Made by a program: the position numbers and the translations under genes. The notes under the pieces were generated by a model. That model worked only from the letters and a program-made list of their open reading frames with translations, was not told the origin of the DNA and did not search any database. DNA of 64,000 nt from Sphagnum compactum (taxonomy: Eukaryota): contig OZ234493.1 in assembly GCA_965153455.1 (NCBI GenBank), positions 25,658,213 to 25,722,212 on the forward strand, written 5' to 3'. Shown here piece by piece: positions 47,701 through 60,300 of this stretch. Numbering within the stretch: position 1 is the first letter of the stretch; each line of letters begins with the position of its first letter.

Positions 47701-50515
47701 TCCGTGAGCACTTTCCAAAATTAGGTGAGTCTGCTCTGCTTCATGTGCACTGTACCTATGCCCTGCAACTCATGCACATAGTTGCATCAACATTCATGTT
47801 GATTGAGTGTTGTGGTTGGGCTTTGAATGACATGGCAGTGACTCATTTGGATAATCTGGGAGTTCAGGTGGCATGGGTGTGTGGCCCTTGGTTTCTCTCG
47901 ATCTTTGTGAATGTTCTTCCCTGGGAAAGTGGTGTGTGCTCAACCTATTCTTAAGTTATCTGTTATGCATTCTTAGGGACTGCTGTGTTCAGCATATTGT
48001 AATAGGTAAGAGAAAGAAACATACTTTTGCATGGCACAGGTATGCAGTATGTGATGTTTTCCCATTCATTTAGCACTTTGAATAGACTGATTTTGTTCCT
48101 TACAAAAATATGTGCTGGTTGTCCTGGCATTGCAGTGTTGAGGGTCTGGGATGTCCTTTTGTTTGAAGGAAATCGCACCATGCTTTTCCGAACTGCTCTG
48201 GCCCTGGTTGAGGTTCATGGTATTGACTCAGCTCCTTTTCCTTTTTGTGTTTCAAATCAGTACTCTACATCCACTGGTAGAGTGCTGGTTGATATGTTGG
48301 TGTTCATGATAGAAGTATATAATTTGGGTTGGTGTGCTTTGTTGCAGCTGGAGCACTTATGCAGCAACGTGATGCTGGGGATGCAGTAGCTCTGCTTCAG
48401 ACCATGGCTGGGGCCACATTTGACAGTAGTCAGTTGATTCTGACTGCATGTTTAGGCTTCCAGTCTATTGATGAGACCCAGCTGCTTGCACTGCGCTCTC
48501 AGCATCGCCCTGGTGTGCTTCTTGCACTCCATGAGCGCTCTCTTGAAGTTAGGGCCTGGCGTGCATCAAGTGGTTTTTCATCCAATAATGGCCTCGGCAA
48601 TGGAAAAACTGATGATGACATGCTTCCATTGTCAACAAAGAAATTGAGCAACAGGTCTACAAAGCAAGTAAATTCACCTGAAGTCAAAGAAGAAATTTTC
48701 AGTGGTGACATACAGGAGCAGGTGGTGATCGGACTATTTGAATCTGCTATATTACCTTGTGCAGTGTTTTGATCTTCATGCTAAGCAACACAAGAGGACT
48801 TGTGTGTGGATGGTCCTCATGTCTATCTTGAGTTGCAAGAGATTCTTTGTTGCTGTAGAGTGTTGATAGACTTTGAGGCAGTTGTTGGAGTGCTCCTTGA
48901 TTAGACTAGTTAAGGTTTTCTGCTCATGTTTGGTTGGAAGGTAGAAGATGGGATGGTGCTATATTATGGTACTTTCATACTCCAAATTATCATGAGGTTG
49001 TGACAAGCCTGAGGTTCTGAACTCTAAGTAATGACTTATACATAAGGCAACCGGTTGGCTAACTGTGCAGGTGGGATGGTTGAAATCAGAGCTCTGCCGT
49101 GCCCTTGAGGATAAGAAGGCAGCTGAACTCAGGCAAGACATGAAGCTCAGCATGTTTTTTTGCAATAGTTTTTTTGTGATGTCTTGCTGGAATTTGAATC
49201 AAACAAATTTGAGCTGGTTGGCAGGGCTGATGAGTTGGAAATTGCCCTAATGGAGATGGTGAAGGAGGACAATCGCCGCTTACTCTCAGCCAAGGTCTTC
49301 TACAGCTTTCTGTCTCTTTGTATTCTATTTTGATGTCTTTAAATTCACTATCCGACTATCATGATTGGGTAAGAGCTGTTCTTGTGCATCTAAGGTGGAT
49401 ATCAACTCAGTTGATATCTGAGCTGTGATGGACTGTGTATATATCATGGGACAGATTCAAGAATTGTCTGTTGAGATTGCTTACTGCAAACACTGTGTTT
49501 TCTTACCCTTTCTGATCAATTGTGCAGTTGGAGGAGCTAGAAGCTGAAGTGGCTGAGTTGAGGCAACAACTGGAGCAAGAACAGGCTTTGAATGCAGGTA
49601 AACTGCTGTCTTGTCATTATAAGACTGGTCGTTGGATTCTTTCCAGCATGATAAAACGGTTAAAGAAGACTTCAATCAAGAACACTTCTGTAAATGGTGT
49701 TGCTGATCAATGCAGGGCAGGACAAAACCACTTATTGCAACCTGTCTTCATGGTTACTGTATGCTTTAGAAAGCTGGAGATTGTATTGTCACAGTGTACA
49801 CACATTGCACTTCATGTCTTGCAAGTTCTTGTAGTAGACTCACAGTTTGACATAAACCATAGCAGTAGAGGTGCAAGTAGTACCTCACACTGTTTGCAAC
49901 AAGCTGCTCATTTGCATGCTGAAAACCAAAGTTTTGATTGTGCAGAAAAGTTGGAGAAGGCAGCTGATGCACTTTCTTCAATGGAAAAGAGAGCAGTGAT
50001 GGCTGAGAGCATGCTTGAAGTCACCATACTCTCTCAAGAAACAGCCAACAGTAAGGCTCATGGCACCGTTAGGTCTACTCAAGATGACAGGTCACAGGAA
50101 GGCATTCATCGTTCTCATAGTTCGCCATCTCCCATGTACAGTTCTCATTCTCTTATATGAGTGCACCATTCATTCTCTGATCACGTTTATCCACAGGGTG
50201 TCTTAGAAACCATAACATGTCTCTAGAATAAAAAGAAGATTATCCTTGTTTTGGTTTGCCTTCTCTGAGAAGGTGATGGTTAGGGAGGAACACAGAGGAG
50301 ATTCCATAAGTATCAAGAGAAATCTGATCTCACCTTGGTGGTTTGTTTTTTGCAGGCAAGATACTAAGCCACCACATGGTAGGAGGGGAAGGAGCATTGA
50401 TGTTTCAGATGTAGTGGATTATTCAAAGCTCGGCAATGGTAATGCTGACACCACTTCTTCACTTAAAGAGCCTGTGACACGTAGGCAGGGCATGTTTGCT
50501 CGTTTCTCACACTAA
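44779..50515 (+). CDS. TBC-domain Rab GTPase-activating protein (Ypt/Rab-GAP gyp1p family) with a C-terminal coiled coil, multi-exon
   Basis: RDMYGFEVRPQHLERY, ELEFLVQRGVPMALRGE-LWQ, QIEK-DLPRTFPGH, YARHNPSVGYCQ-AMNF, EENAFW, GPWFLSIFVNVLPWES-VLRVWDVLLFEGNR, ALMEMVKEDNRRLLSAK, MEKRAVMAESMLE. The first and last exon boundaries are uncertain. Confidence 0.9.
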
Positions 50516-51731
50516 AATTGGCAAAACAGGACAAATTTTTTGCACGTTGCGGTTTACACTGATATGTTGATTTGTCTTACATTACATCTGTATCATCAGT
50601 GAAGGCAACATATTAGACCAAAACCCATTGCAACAGAATATTCTAACACTAACAAAATTTGATCAGTTGTTCTGCACATCTGCAATTATTCTCAAAGTGT
50701 GTATGTTTAAGTCATGTTTAACACAAATCTGTATGTGGTTAACTCAAATGGAAAGTGTTAAGAAAAAGAGCAAGCTCACCTTCAGTTGTGACAGAAAATG
50801 CATTTTCTTCAGTGTACTCATGTTTGTACTCAGGTTAACTCAAACGATAAGTGTTGAGGGATTTGAAGATAGGAGATATTCACTTGTTCCAATACGTTGC
50901 ACAAGTTTGACATTGCTGAGTGAAATGGATAAGTTAATTGTTAGATTTGGTACCTCGAGTATGTGGAGTTCAACACTGCAGCCAGGTGGGTTGCAATGGA
51001 GGCAGCTGAAGTTCTTCACTTGCAATACATGCTCACTGTTGACAGTGTAACTGTTGGATAGGGCACAGCACTTCAGACACAGATATGCTCAAGTAATAAC
51101 ACATCGTCACATAGCAATGCTGTTTGGTTAAAGGCCAACTACCTATTCTTGCGGTCCACATTGTTGAATTTATTTCTATGTTGAAAGACTCTGATTCATG
51201 AATTTAAAACTTCCCAAACTAAGCTCATCAGACATTGCTCTCTTCCTCTGACAATTAGTAGTCCTTGTTGCAACAGAGCCTCACAAAGAAAGAACCCACC
51301 TTCTCTCCCGATCTCCATGATGAGGACTATGGATTTCAGGTATTTTCCACCTTTTGCAAAAGTAATGCTGCATTGCACCGTGTTCCAGACTTAAGAGTGT
51401 TTTTCCCATCACTCTTTCATCAGTCTATATTTCCAGAAAAGGAATGACGAGTTTCACATATGACAACGCTCAGGCGCTAGGAACTTTTTAACACACTGAA
51501 AACACAAAACTGCACAAGTGGACGCTGCTTGAAGCGTCCTAACTGGTAGAAGCTTTCTCTACTCACAGTCGTTCGCAAATAGATGGCTACAGATATCAAA
51601 ACGCATCGCACACCACCTCTATTCCTCCTCTTCACACACCTTCCTTTTTGTCTGCACATCGTTCAGGGTAGCAAAGCGGGAGCAGACGCAAGCCCCAGCT
51701 TAAGATTGTGGAGGGGATAGGGCAGAATTTA

Positions 51732-52484
51732 CTAGATTGCTTCCCCTGAAGCACGCCGCCTGGAAATCTCGGCGTCCTTCCGACGTAGTGCAGCGGCCTC
51801 GTCCTCAAAGGCGTTTCCAGGGTCGCTATGCCTCGCCGCTTCCTTCTGCGCAACAGGACTGCCCTGTGTACGATCGAAATTCTTTGGATCGACTAATACG
51901 ACGTCATCCTCTTCTTCTGCTTCCCTCGCCAGCTTCCGCTCTCTTACAGCCTTCCCAGACTTACCATACACCTGACCGAAACCATCGTCGCCCGACCGAG
52001 TGCTGTATCCTTCTCCATATGAAGCTGACATATCATCCCTGAAAACATAGAGAAACGGCGGCACTGCGTCACAGATATACTCACAATTGCTCCTTATCAG
52101 ATCCCACACATCGACGCTAACGCACACAAAAACAACCATGGATTGGTCATCAGTTACTTGCACGTACCTGCTGAGAGGATGTTGATCCTTCTTCAGAATG
52201 TCCTGACTCTTCTCGTGCTCAATTCCCTCTCCTTCCATCGGTACCGGCTCCGGTGTCGAGATCGCCCCAACGCTAAGACAACGATAATGTCGAGACCTCA
52301 ACCTTCTGCTGAGACCACCTCGCGCTACAGCACCTCGACGTGCAACTTGCTCTGGCGTTGACAACGGTGACAATTTGGCCGGCGGCGAGAGGCTGGCGTC
52401 AGAGCCTACCACGGTTTGAATAACAGGAATTGGCAAGAGCAATGAGCGCGACAACGGCAGACGCGCAACGAGAAATCGGTGCAT
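51732..52484 (-). CDS. Uncharacterized plant protein with a putative organellar transit peptide and an SYGEGYSTRS..GFG / DRTQGS.V..KE.ARH motif (exons 52168-52484 and 51732-52038)
   Basis: R/S/L-rich N-terminus (MHRFLVARLPLSRS..) followed by a hydrophilic C-terminus. The motif resembles a conserved plant unknown-function family I recall but cannot name. GT-AG intron at 52039-52167. Confidence 0.7.
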   Translation of the reverse strand: MHRFLVARLPLSRSLLLPIPVIQTVVGSDASLSPPAKLSPLSTPEQVARRGAVARGGLSRRLRSRHYRCLSVGAISTPEPVPMEGEGIEHEKSQDILKKDQHPLSRYVQVTDDQSMVVFVCVSVDVWDLIRSNCEYICDAVPPFLYVFRDDMSASYGEGYSTRSGDDGFGQVYGKSGKAVRERKLAREAEEEDDVVLVDPKNFDRTQGSPVAQKEAARHSDPGNAFEDEAAALRRKDAEISRRRASGEAI

Positions 52485-53924
52485 CTCAATTATAAATCCT
52501 TCCTTCTTTTCTTCCTTGCTGCCTTGCTCCGATTCTTCCTCCTGTCCTTTTTCCTTTATTCTCGTGGGATGGATATGATTACAACAATCGTGTGCGATGG
52601 CGAAAAGGAGAAAAAACTTGAAGGAAGGGAAAATCGGAAGAGAAACGACGACAGCGAGTGTGACGTGGGGAAGGAGCTTACAGTTTTTCTTGTACAACAA
52701 TAGAAACTCCGATGGAGCGTACAACAAGTGGCATATGCATGGCAGCGGAACAGTGACACTAACTCCGTATTAAATTCCCTAAGGAAAAAAAACGCATCCA
52801 ATGGAACAGGAGTCGTAACACAGTACGCGGCAAGGATTCACAAGACAACGCCGACGGCACTGCGAGTTTCTTCTTCGCATCCCAGGTAGGCTAGCATGCT
52901 CCCTCACACTTGCTCCCCCGAACCAGTCGATCTCAGGCTGCTACAACACAAGCGAGTGACGGACTGCACGGCGACGCGATTGCTACCGTATCGTGCTACT
53001 GTTACACTGTTATCGTTTTTTTTTTCCTGGCGAAATTTCGCCAAATTTCGACCTGAAAATAATGATTTTGACCTGTACAAAGGATTTTTAATGAAAAAAT
53101 GGCACAAATTTCGCCAGATTTCGAAGAAAAAAAAGTCCAAGTTGACAGATGAGAAGTTCTAGTTCTAGCCAAGAATATAGAAGGTTTCTCTTTTTTTTTT
53201 AAATTATTATTTCTTACTTTCATATCTAGAATGTAGCCAAATCTGGCTAAATCAAGTTATAGATGATTACCACTTTAGCTGCACCACCAAAAAAAAGAAA
53301 GAAAGAAAAGCCCTGATTGTGTTGGCTAGGGCGGGTATAGAGCACAGAGCAGTGTGGCAGTGTGAGGGGGCGGTGCTTTGATTTTGTAACAACGGCTGGT
53401 TCCAGTCATCCGAAAAAAATCGCAGTCGGAGAACCGCCGGTTCTGATTATCTGAACCAAAAGAATCAAGAATAAAAAAGAACCTCCACGTCCAGGCAGTT
53501 TTTATTTTCTTTTTTGGTCCCCCAATTTTTTGTGATGTGGCTCAAGTGGTGATCATCCATAAGCGTATTTAGCCAAATTTGGTAATATTCCAAAATATGA
53601 AAGTAGAAACTCCAAAGCTCCCTTTTCATATTGTAAACAATTGCATCAAATTTTTTTTCAAAAAACTGGAATTTGTGACAGAATATGTTTTTTTTTTAAA
53701 TAATTTTTTGGACTAAATGACGAAAACTCGCCCAAAAAAATTACTACCTCCACATATTCTTAAAACATAATCCAAGAACCATTGGGTCGGGGTATTTGAA
53801 TCATCAAGTTTCATGAAATAATCAATTGTTTTCTAGGCAGTTATTTGACTTTCAAAATAAATTTAAAAACCATGGTTATATATATAAATAGGGTATTTTA
53901 ATTTTTTGATACCTATGGTTGTAT

Positions 53925-54178
53925 TGTGACCTAAAGCATGTCCTATAAATGATAGGACATCCTTAGGGTTTTGCTTTTGGTGACTTTGTTTGTTCTTGAA
54001 CATTGGCGGCAATAGCAATTGGCAGGAGAAATGTTGTTCCTTTGCTAGATCTTTTGTATTGGGTTTGTCTTTGAAGTTTGGTGTGCTAGATGACAAGATT
54101 TATGTGGAGATTTGTATGGAGGATGTGTGATGGAGGTTTTGCAATAAGGAGCATTGACGAAGATATAAGCTCAGAAGC
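53925..54178 (+). repeat. 5' LTR (segment matching the 3' LTR)
   Basis: Aligns by eye with 61647-61935 (aaagcatgtcctataaatga, ttgaagtttg.tgtg.tag.tga.aagattt.tgtggagattt.tatgga). The true LTR may extend further. Confidence 0.75.
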
Positions 54179-56471
54179 TTTGTAAAGAAGGGAAAAGAAT
54201 GAAAAGCTAAATACATTATGTTTAGTTAGGATGTGAAGTGTTTTAGTTTTCTACAAAGGCAACATTGTATCCAAATTATGATTTCCATTGGATAGGAACC
54301 AATGTTTTGCAAATTGTAGAATGGAATGTAGTAGTTGTCTTTTGGGGAGATGTTTTCCTTGACCCAATATTGGAGAAGTTGGAGATGATGACAAAGTCTA
54401 GAATTCACAATCCAATAGGTCCCAGGTTGAATGTTTTGGGGTTGGGTTTCAGTTTCTTGGGTTGGTAATGAGGAACGGAGAATTCCATGTTTTGGGGTTG
54501 GGTTCTAGTTTCTTGAGTTGGAAATGAAGAACGGAGAATTTCCATGTTTTGGGTTTGGGGGAAATACTTCCATTGTTAAGGGAAAAAATTCTGAAGTTAT
54601 GGGTTTTATGTTGCTGCATGATGGGATGATATTTGTCAAGGGACAAGAGGGTGAATCATGAGAGTTTGATCTCCAACATCACTAGTTAGAATTGTCAAGG
54701 TGTAGCATAGTTGTTGTCTAAAGAGTTTATCTATGTTGTTAGTGTGTTGAAGTGGTGTTGATTGCTAAAGTTCATGTTTTAGGGACTTATGAGATTCATA
54801 AGAATCCATGTTGAAGTGGATTTGCCATAGATAATTTTTAGCATGATTGCTGGTGGCAATAAACTTTCCAATTTTGGTATCATAACAATTCTTTCAATGG
54901 AATTAAAGAGTTGTTTCACTGTGGTTTTAGACCATGGTTTGTTGGGATGATTTAAAGAATGTGGAACACAACCAACAATGCAATGGATGATCGTAGGAGA
55001 GAGGCTTTGGAGGAGGCACAACATTGAGATGAAGTTCTAGTTGTAAATGAGTTCGACTTTCCTTTTCTAAAGCAGGGTTAGAGTAGTCATCATGCGACTA
55101 CGAGGGTTCAGGTTGGTGCACATTGTGGGACTAAATCTAGATCGAACATGAGTTGGCAATATGGCTATTCATGTAACACATTCTAACTTTTACTCAAAAG
55201 TTCAAGTTTGGTTGAAAGCTAGTGATGGAATTAGAAGTTGGACAAGAATTGCCCAATAACATACCAAATATTTCTTCTTTGTCGTCTTTGTTTAGCCCAT
55301 TACTTATTGAATTGCATGAAAGAAGTGAAACAATTCTTAAAGTAGGAGATTTATGGGTCCTTGTAGTTATTATTTCATGACATCATATAATTAGGTTTTT
55401 CTTTCTTGGAATTGAATAATTGTTTGCTGTAAGGGATAAGGTAGTGCAAGTAGAACATCATTATTTTAAAGTTTTAATTTGGAGGTTAGGGAAAGATTCT
55501 GAGGGATATGAGCTTGGAATTTTGAACATGAAGATAAAATGCATATGGTTTACAACTGTCTATCGATCTTGCATTGTGTTAAATGATGATCCAAACCAAA
55601 ATATAGAACTATACTAGACGAAGGTGGGAATAGGTTAACAGAATGACTAGTCCTAAAGGCATGGATGAATTATTATGGGGAAAAAAATTTGAAGATGTGA
55701 CTGATTAAACTGAAAGGTTAGAGATGGATGCAAAAGTGCAGAACTACAATGAGAATAAACCTCAAGATTGTGCACTTCATCTGAAAGGGAAGGCGAAGGA
55801 ATGTTATTGAGTTTGTTCCTACAAATTGGGCTACCTTGAAAGTTGCCATGGAGAAGAAATATGAAGTCATAAATCCTAAAGAGATCATAATGAAGCTTGA
55901 TGTAGTCAAAAACGGGACAACATGTGTAATTATATTACGATACATTGGACAAACTATTCACTAGAGGAAAAATCAAGGAGGTGGAGCATAGATAGGTTTC
56001 TATCCAAATTAAAACTAGAATTTAAAAAATTATGTGTTGTTGCCAACATGAGGCTTTGTTGGCTATTACTTTGGAGGTGGAAAAAGTGCTTGGAGAATTA
56101 GGGAAAACACCATTTGAACCCTTCAAATAAGAACAAGAAGAATTTATGAATGGAGGAAATGTGAGAATTGAGAAGCAAGCCCAAGTATTTGGTAGTTCCT
56201 TAATCAATTTCTTCAAAAGACAAATAGAATTGTAACCACTAGCAACAATAGGAAGATCTACCAATTTCAATGGGTGCCAAATTTGCAAAGCATCACAAGG
56301 CTATGACTTGTCCAAAATATGCCAACTTTAGGCCAAAATGCCAAAAATGTGGAGGCCTCCATAAGACAAAATTATGGTCTCAAGTGCAACTTCTGTGGTA
56401 GGATGGGACATGTTGAAAATAAATGTTAAAAGAAAACCTTCATCACAAATTTAACATCTCACAACTTAGTA

Positions 56472-57330
56472 ATGGAAATTGTGCAAAATTCATTCATAAT
56501 TCATATGTTTCACACATTAATATCGTGCATTGGAAACACCTTTGACACACAAATTTATGAGAAGATGCAAAATTTGTGTGACATTCGTTCATTCATAGGT
56601 TCGTACTTCATCTATCAACACATTTATCTATGTGTCAAATGTGTTTTCATAAAAGGAAAAATATCCTTGAGGGGTGTATTCACGATTGGGGTTTTAAAAA
56701 TGAATGGCCTATTTTCAAAGGATTATAAAGGACAAATTTGGATTTGGATTTATATTACATTATTATAGTTATAGTGTATTGTTATATATTAATAAATAAA
56801 ATGATGTCTTGTTAAATTGATAAAAATATTTAAAAATAATTTGGATATTATGTAAATGTCATTTTCATTCTTGTAATTTAACTATATCAAGTGTCTAAGT
56901 TGCATTTTAAAAAATAAAATAAAAAAGAATGCATGAAGTCATACAATTGAATTCAAATTTTTTGTACAACAAAAACATGCCCCTTTCTATTAGAGTACAT
57001 GTTCATTGGATGAACTTGATGAAAAACCAAATCATACAAAAATTTCAAAGTCTTTGAAATTTTGAAGGAAAGGGCTGTAAGTCAAAGGACTCATTTCTTT
57101 AAACATTTGACCAAACAATTATGTTCAATGGGTTCAAAATGTCTAGCTTTAGGTGTAGGTCACATGTGCAAGAAATAATCTTGCCAAAATTATGTTTGGT
57201 TGTCCGTTGAAATTCATTTTGGGATTTCTTGGGATTTTTTGCATTTTTTGTTATAAACCAAAATATTGATACACAATTATGTATGAATGTGAAAACTCAC
57301 CACCATCACATGAATTATCTTAAATTGGAC
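56472..57330. mobile_element. AT-rich non-coding insertion splitting gag from the protease region, with imperfect inverted ends
   Basis: Coding-like sequence stops after the zinc knuckles and resumes near 57440. attcattcataatt near the left end compares with rc attcatacataatt near the right end. Confidence 0.4.
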
Positions 57331-60300
57331 TATTCAATTTTTCTCATTGAAATTTGTTTCAAGTAAATGTTATTTTCCAAAAGTAGCCCCATAAAAGTCT
57401 TGGAGTCCTTTTTCCTTTTTTTGGAACCCCAACCCCAACTATGAATAAACTTTAAGCCCAATGAAAATTATTTTCATTATACCAAATGAATTGGAATACT
57501 TAAAAAGATTGTGAAATTGGCAATAATAAAAAGAGATGAAATGTTACAATTAAACCAAGTGGCAACTATTGCATTAACAATTTTTAGTTTGAAAAGAACA
57601 AGCATAAACAAGAATTGCAATAAAATTATTCATCTACTGGTTGAAATGAACAACCACATCATTGAAGGGTTAGTTGATATCGGAGCTTCGATGTTAGTCA
57701 TTGTTGCCAGTGTGGTTAGAGAATTGGGTATTGTGCACTTGGTGATTAGATTAGAATCTTATAGCTTCAAGAGTTGTGACATAAACAATGGGAAGGATTA
57801 GTGATTTTCTAGTTCATGTAGGAGAAGTAATATGTAAAATTGATTTCATGGGCAATGATGCATGTGGTTTGGACTAAATCTCCTTATCAAGATAGGAGTT
57901 GTTGTTGACATTGCGATAATTCATCCAAATACACCATGGGCCAAGAGTTGATGTGTAAGTATTACCATTAAACATGGTGAACATGCTTGAACAAATAAAT
58001 AACCATATAATCACAAACTTTCAAAAGATGCAAATCCAAGACCAACTAAAATTTGGGAGCGCTTAGGGCAAGGGAAGTTTAGGGCAAAGACATCCATTTG
58101 AACCTTTCCAACCATATTAAGAATTTGAGTAATCTGATTTTGAATCAATTCATGATGATGAGGAAAACTTTGATGAAAATGCAAGTGATAATCAACTTAA
58201 GTTGATTATGCAAGAAAAAAAGGACAAAAAAATGGAACTGAATGATCATGGGCTATAATCATTAGTCAGAGATGAAGCTCCTAAGCAAATATTGGCATTT
58301 GAACAACAATCATAAAGACTTATGGAATAATCATCTTCAATTGATGGTGATGATTATCAGGACTTACACAGGTGCGTCAACCTTGATAATTCAAGGGAAG
58401 TAGATAGGTGTCAGTTGAATAATTACATGTGTTGTTGCAAGTTGGTGCAGATGGAGGAAGCACAAAACATAATGAAAGGCAATTGGAACTCAACAAGTGC
58501 TAGGAGGATATAAGGAGTAGGATCAAAGTTGATCTATACTTGGATCCACAAAAATCTAAGGACCTATGGCAATTGTTGATGTGTTTACATGAACAAATTA
58601 GAGTTGGGGTGGTGTTATGTGGGAGAATACTATAATGACACTTAAGGGTTTCCACCTTGTAGGACCACTCCTAACCATCTATCATTCTAGGAGGAGTTTG
58701 AAGTCAATAAGCAAATTCATGCATTGGTTGATTTGAGCAAGATGCATCTTAGTACCTCATAGTATGCTTGCAAGGTTAGGTTACCAATCAAAAAAGGTGG
58801 AACTAGACATTTTTGTTGGGATTACAAGCTTTTAAATTTGTAGACATGAGAGATGCATTTCCTATGCCACTAATTAATGACATTTTCAATTAGCTTGGAC
58901 AATCTAAGTATTTTTTTGCCCTTGACCTACATAGTGGCTTTTGGCATATTCGAATGGCGCCAAGGGACATCAAAAAAACTGCAATCATAACAAAATTTGG
59001 GCTTTTTCTATTGGACAATAATGCCATTTGGCTTGAAGAATGCTTTGAGCACTTTCACCCGCACAATGACAGAGGTTTTTCAAGAATGGATGCAATAATT
59101 CTTGAAAGTCTTTGTGGGTGACCTCAATGTACACAATGTTTTTGGGTCTGAACACTTGAAGCAGCTAAACCTGGTGTGGGCAAGACTAGGGGAAGTGAAT
59201 GTCAAACTCAACCCTAACATTTATGTTTTTACAAATAAACACATGAAATTTTTTGGGCATGTAGTTAGTCAAAAAGGAACTATGCCCAATCCCTTGAAGA
59301 TAAAGGCAATGGTGGAGTTTCTTATACTTATGTTTATCATGAATGTTTGTGCATTTTTAGGACTAACTAATTACTACCAAAATTACATTAAGGGGTATGC
59401 AAAAATTGTTTATCCTTTGTTTGAATTAACAAAGAAGGATGTAAATTTCAAGTGGGTTCCCATCTACCAAGGAGTTTTTGAAATATTGAAGAAGGCATTG
59501 GTGGAGGCTACTATATTTTATAGATGAGACTTTAACAAGGCTGAAATTATACTAGACATGGACTAATCAACTCAAGGGGTGGGAACAATTTTATCTTAAA
59601 AGGATGGGCTCGGTAAGAGCATGTGATTGATTACGCCAATAAAAGACTTTCATTAACACAAAAGTGTTTTCATCCCATGGTAGGAGAGTGTTATGCACTC
59701 ATTTGGGGTATCATGCATTTTACGTAGCACCTACACAAAAACCATTTTACATTGAAAATAGATCATAAACTTTTAAAATAGTTAGCAATGGTGTCAAATG
59801 TTTATGGAAGGCAAGGCAAGTGGACAGATATGTTACAGGGCTAATTTGATTTCAAAATCATACCCAGAACGGGATCCAAGCATGGCAATGTTGATACGCT
59901 TAATCATAACCTTGTTAGTCCTACACTTAAAAATGAATTTTGTCAATGAATACAAAACATCACTTGGATACTTAGGGAGATGGGGATTCAAACATTGATT
60001 GGTAGGAGATGTTTTAAACATAACAAGATGGTCACCTATTGATATGAACAAATTGACATGGTGGAATTTGAGGAATAAGAATTGGATGTGGAAGTGCTTA
60101 AAGGTCAAAATGTGTTGGGATTCCATAAATTGCTAGAACATCTCAGACACACTTCAATAAAAGAAGAAGGTTACATGTCACCTCTTGAACAAAAAAAATG
60201 CATTTGGTTGATGTTAGTTTGCGTTTATAGTTAATTATGGTTGTTCAAAAGATGGTGGATATTGGATATGACATTGGAGAATCATCAGAAGAGAAGAAAG

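Noticed and set aside
49522..50160. Independent 212-aa ORF
   Set aside because: Two TBC-gene exons joined by read-through of an intron, not a separate gene.
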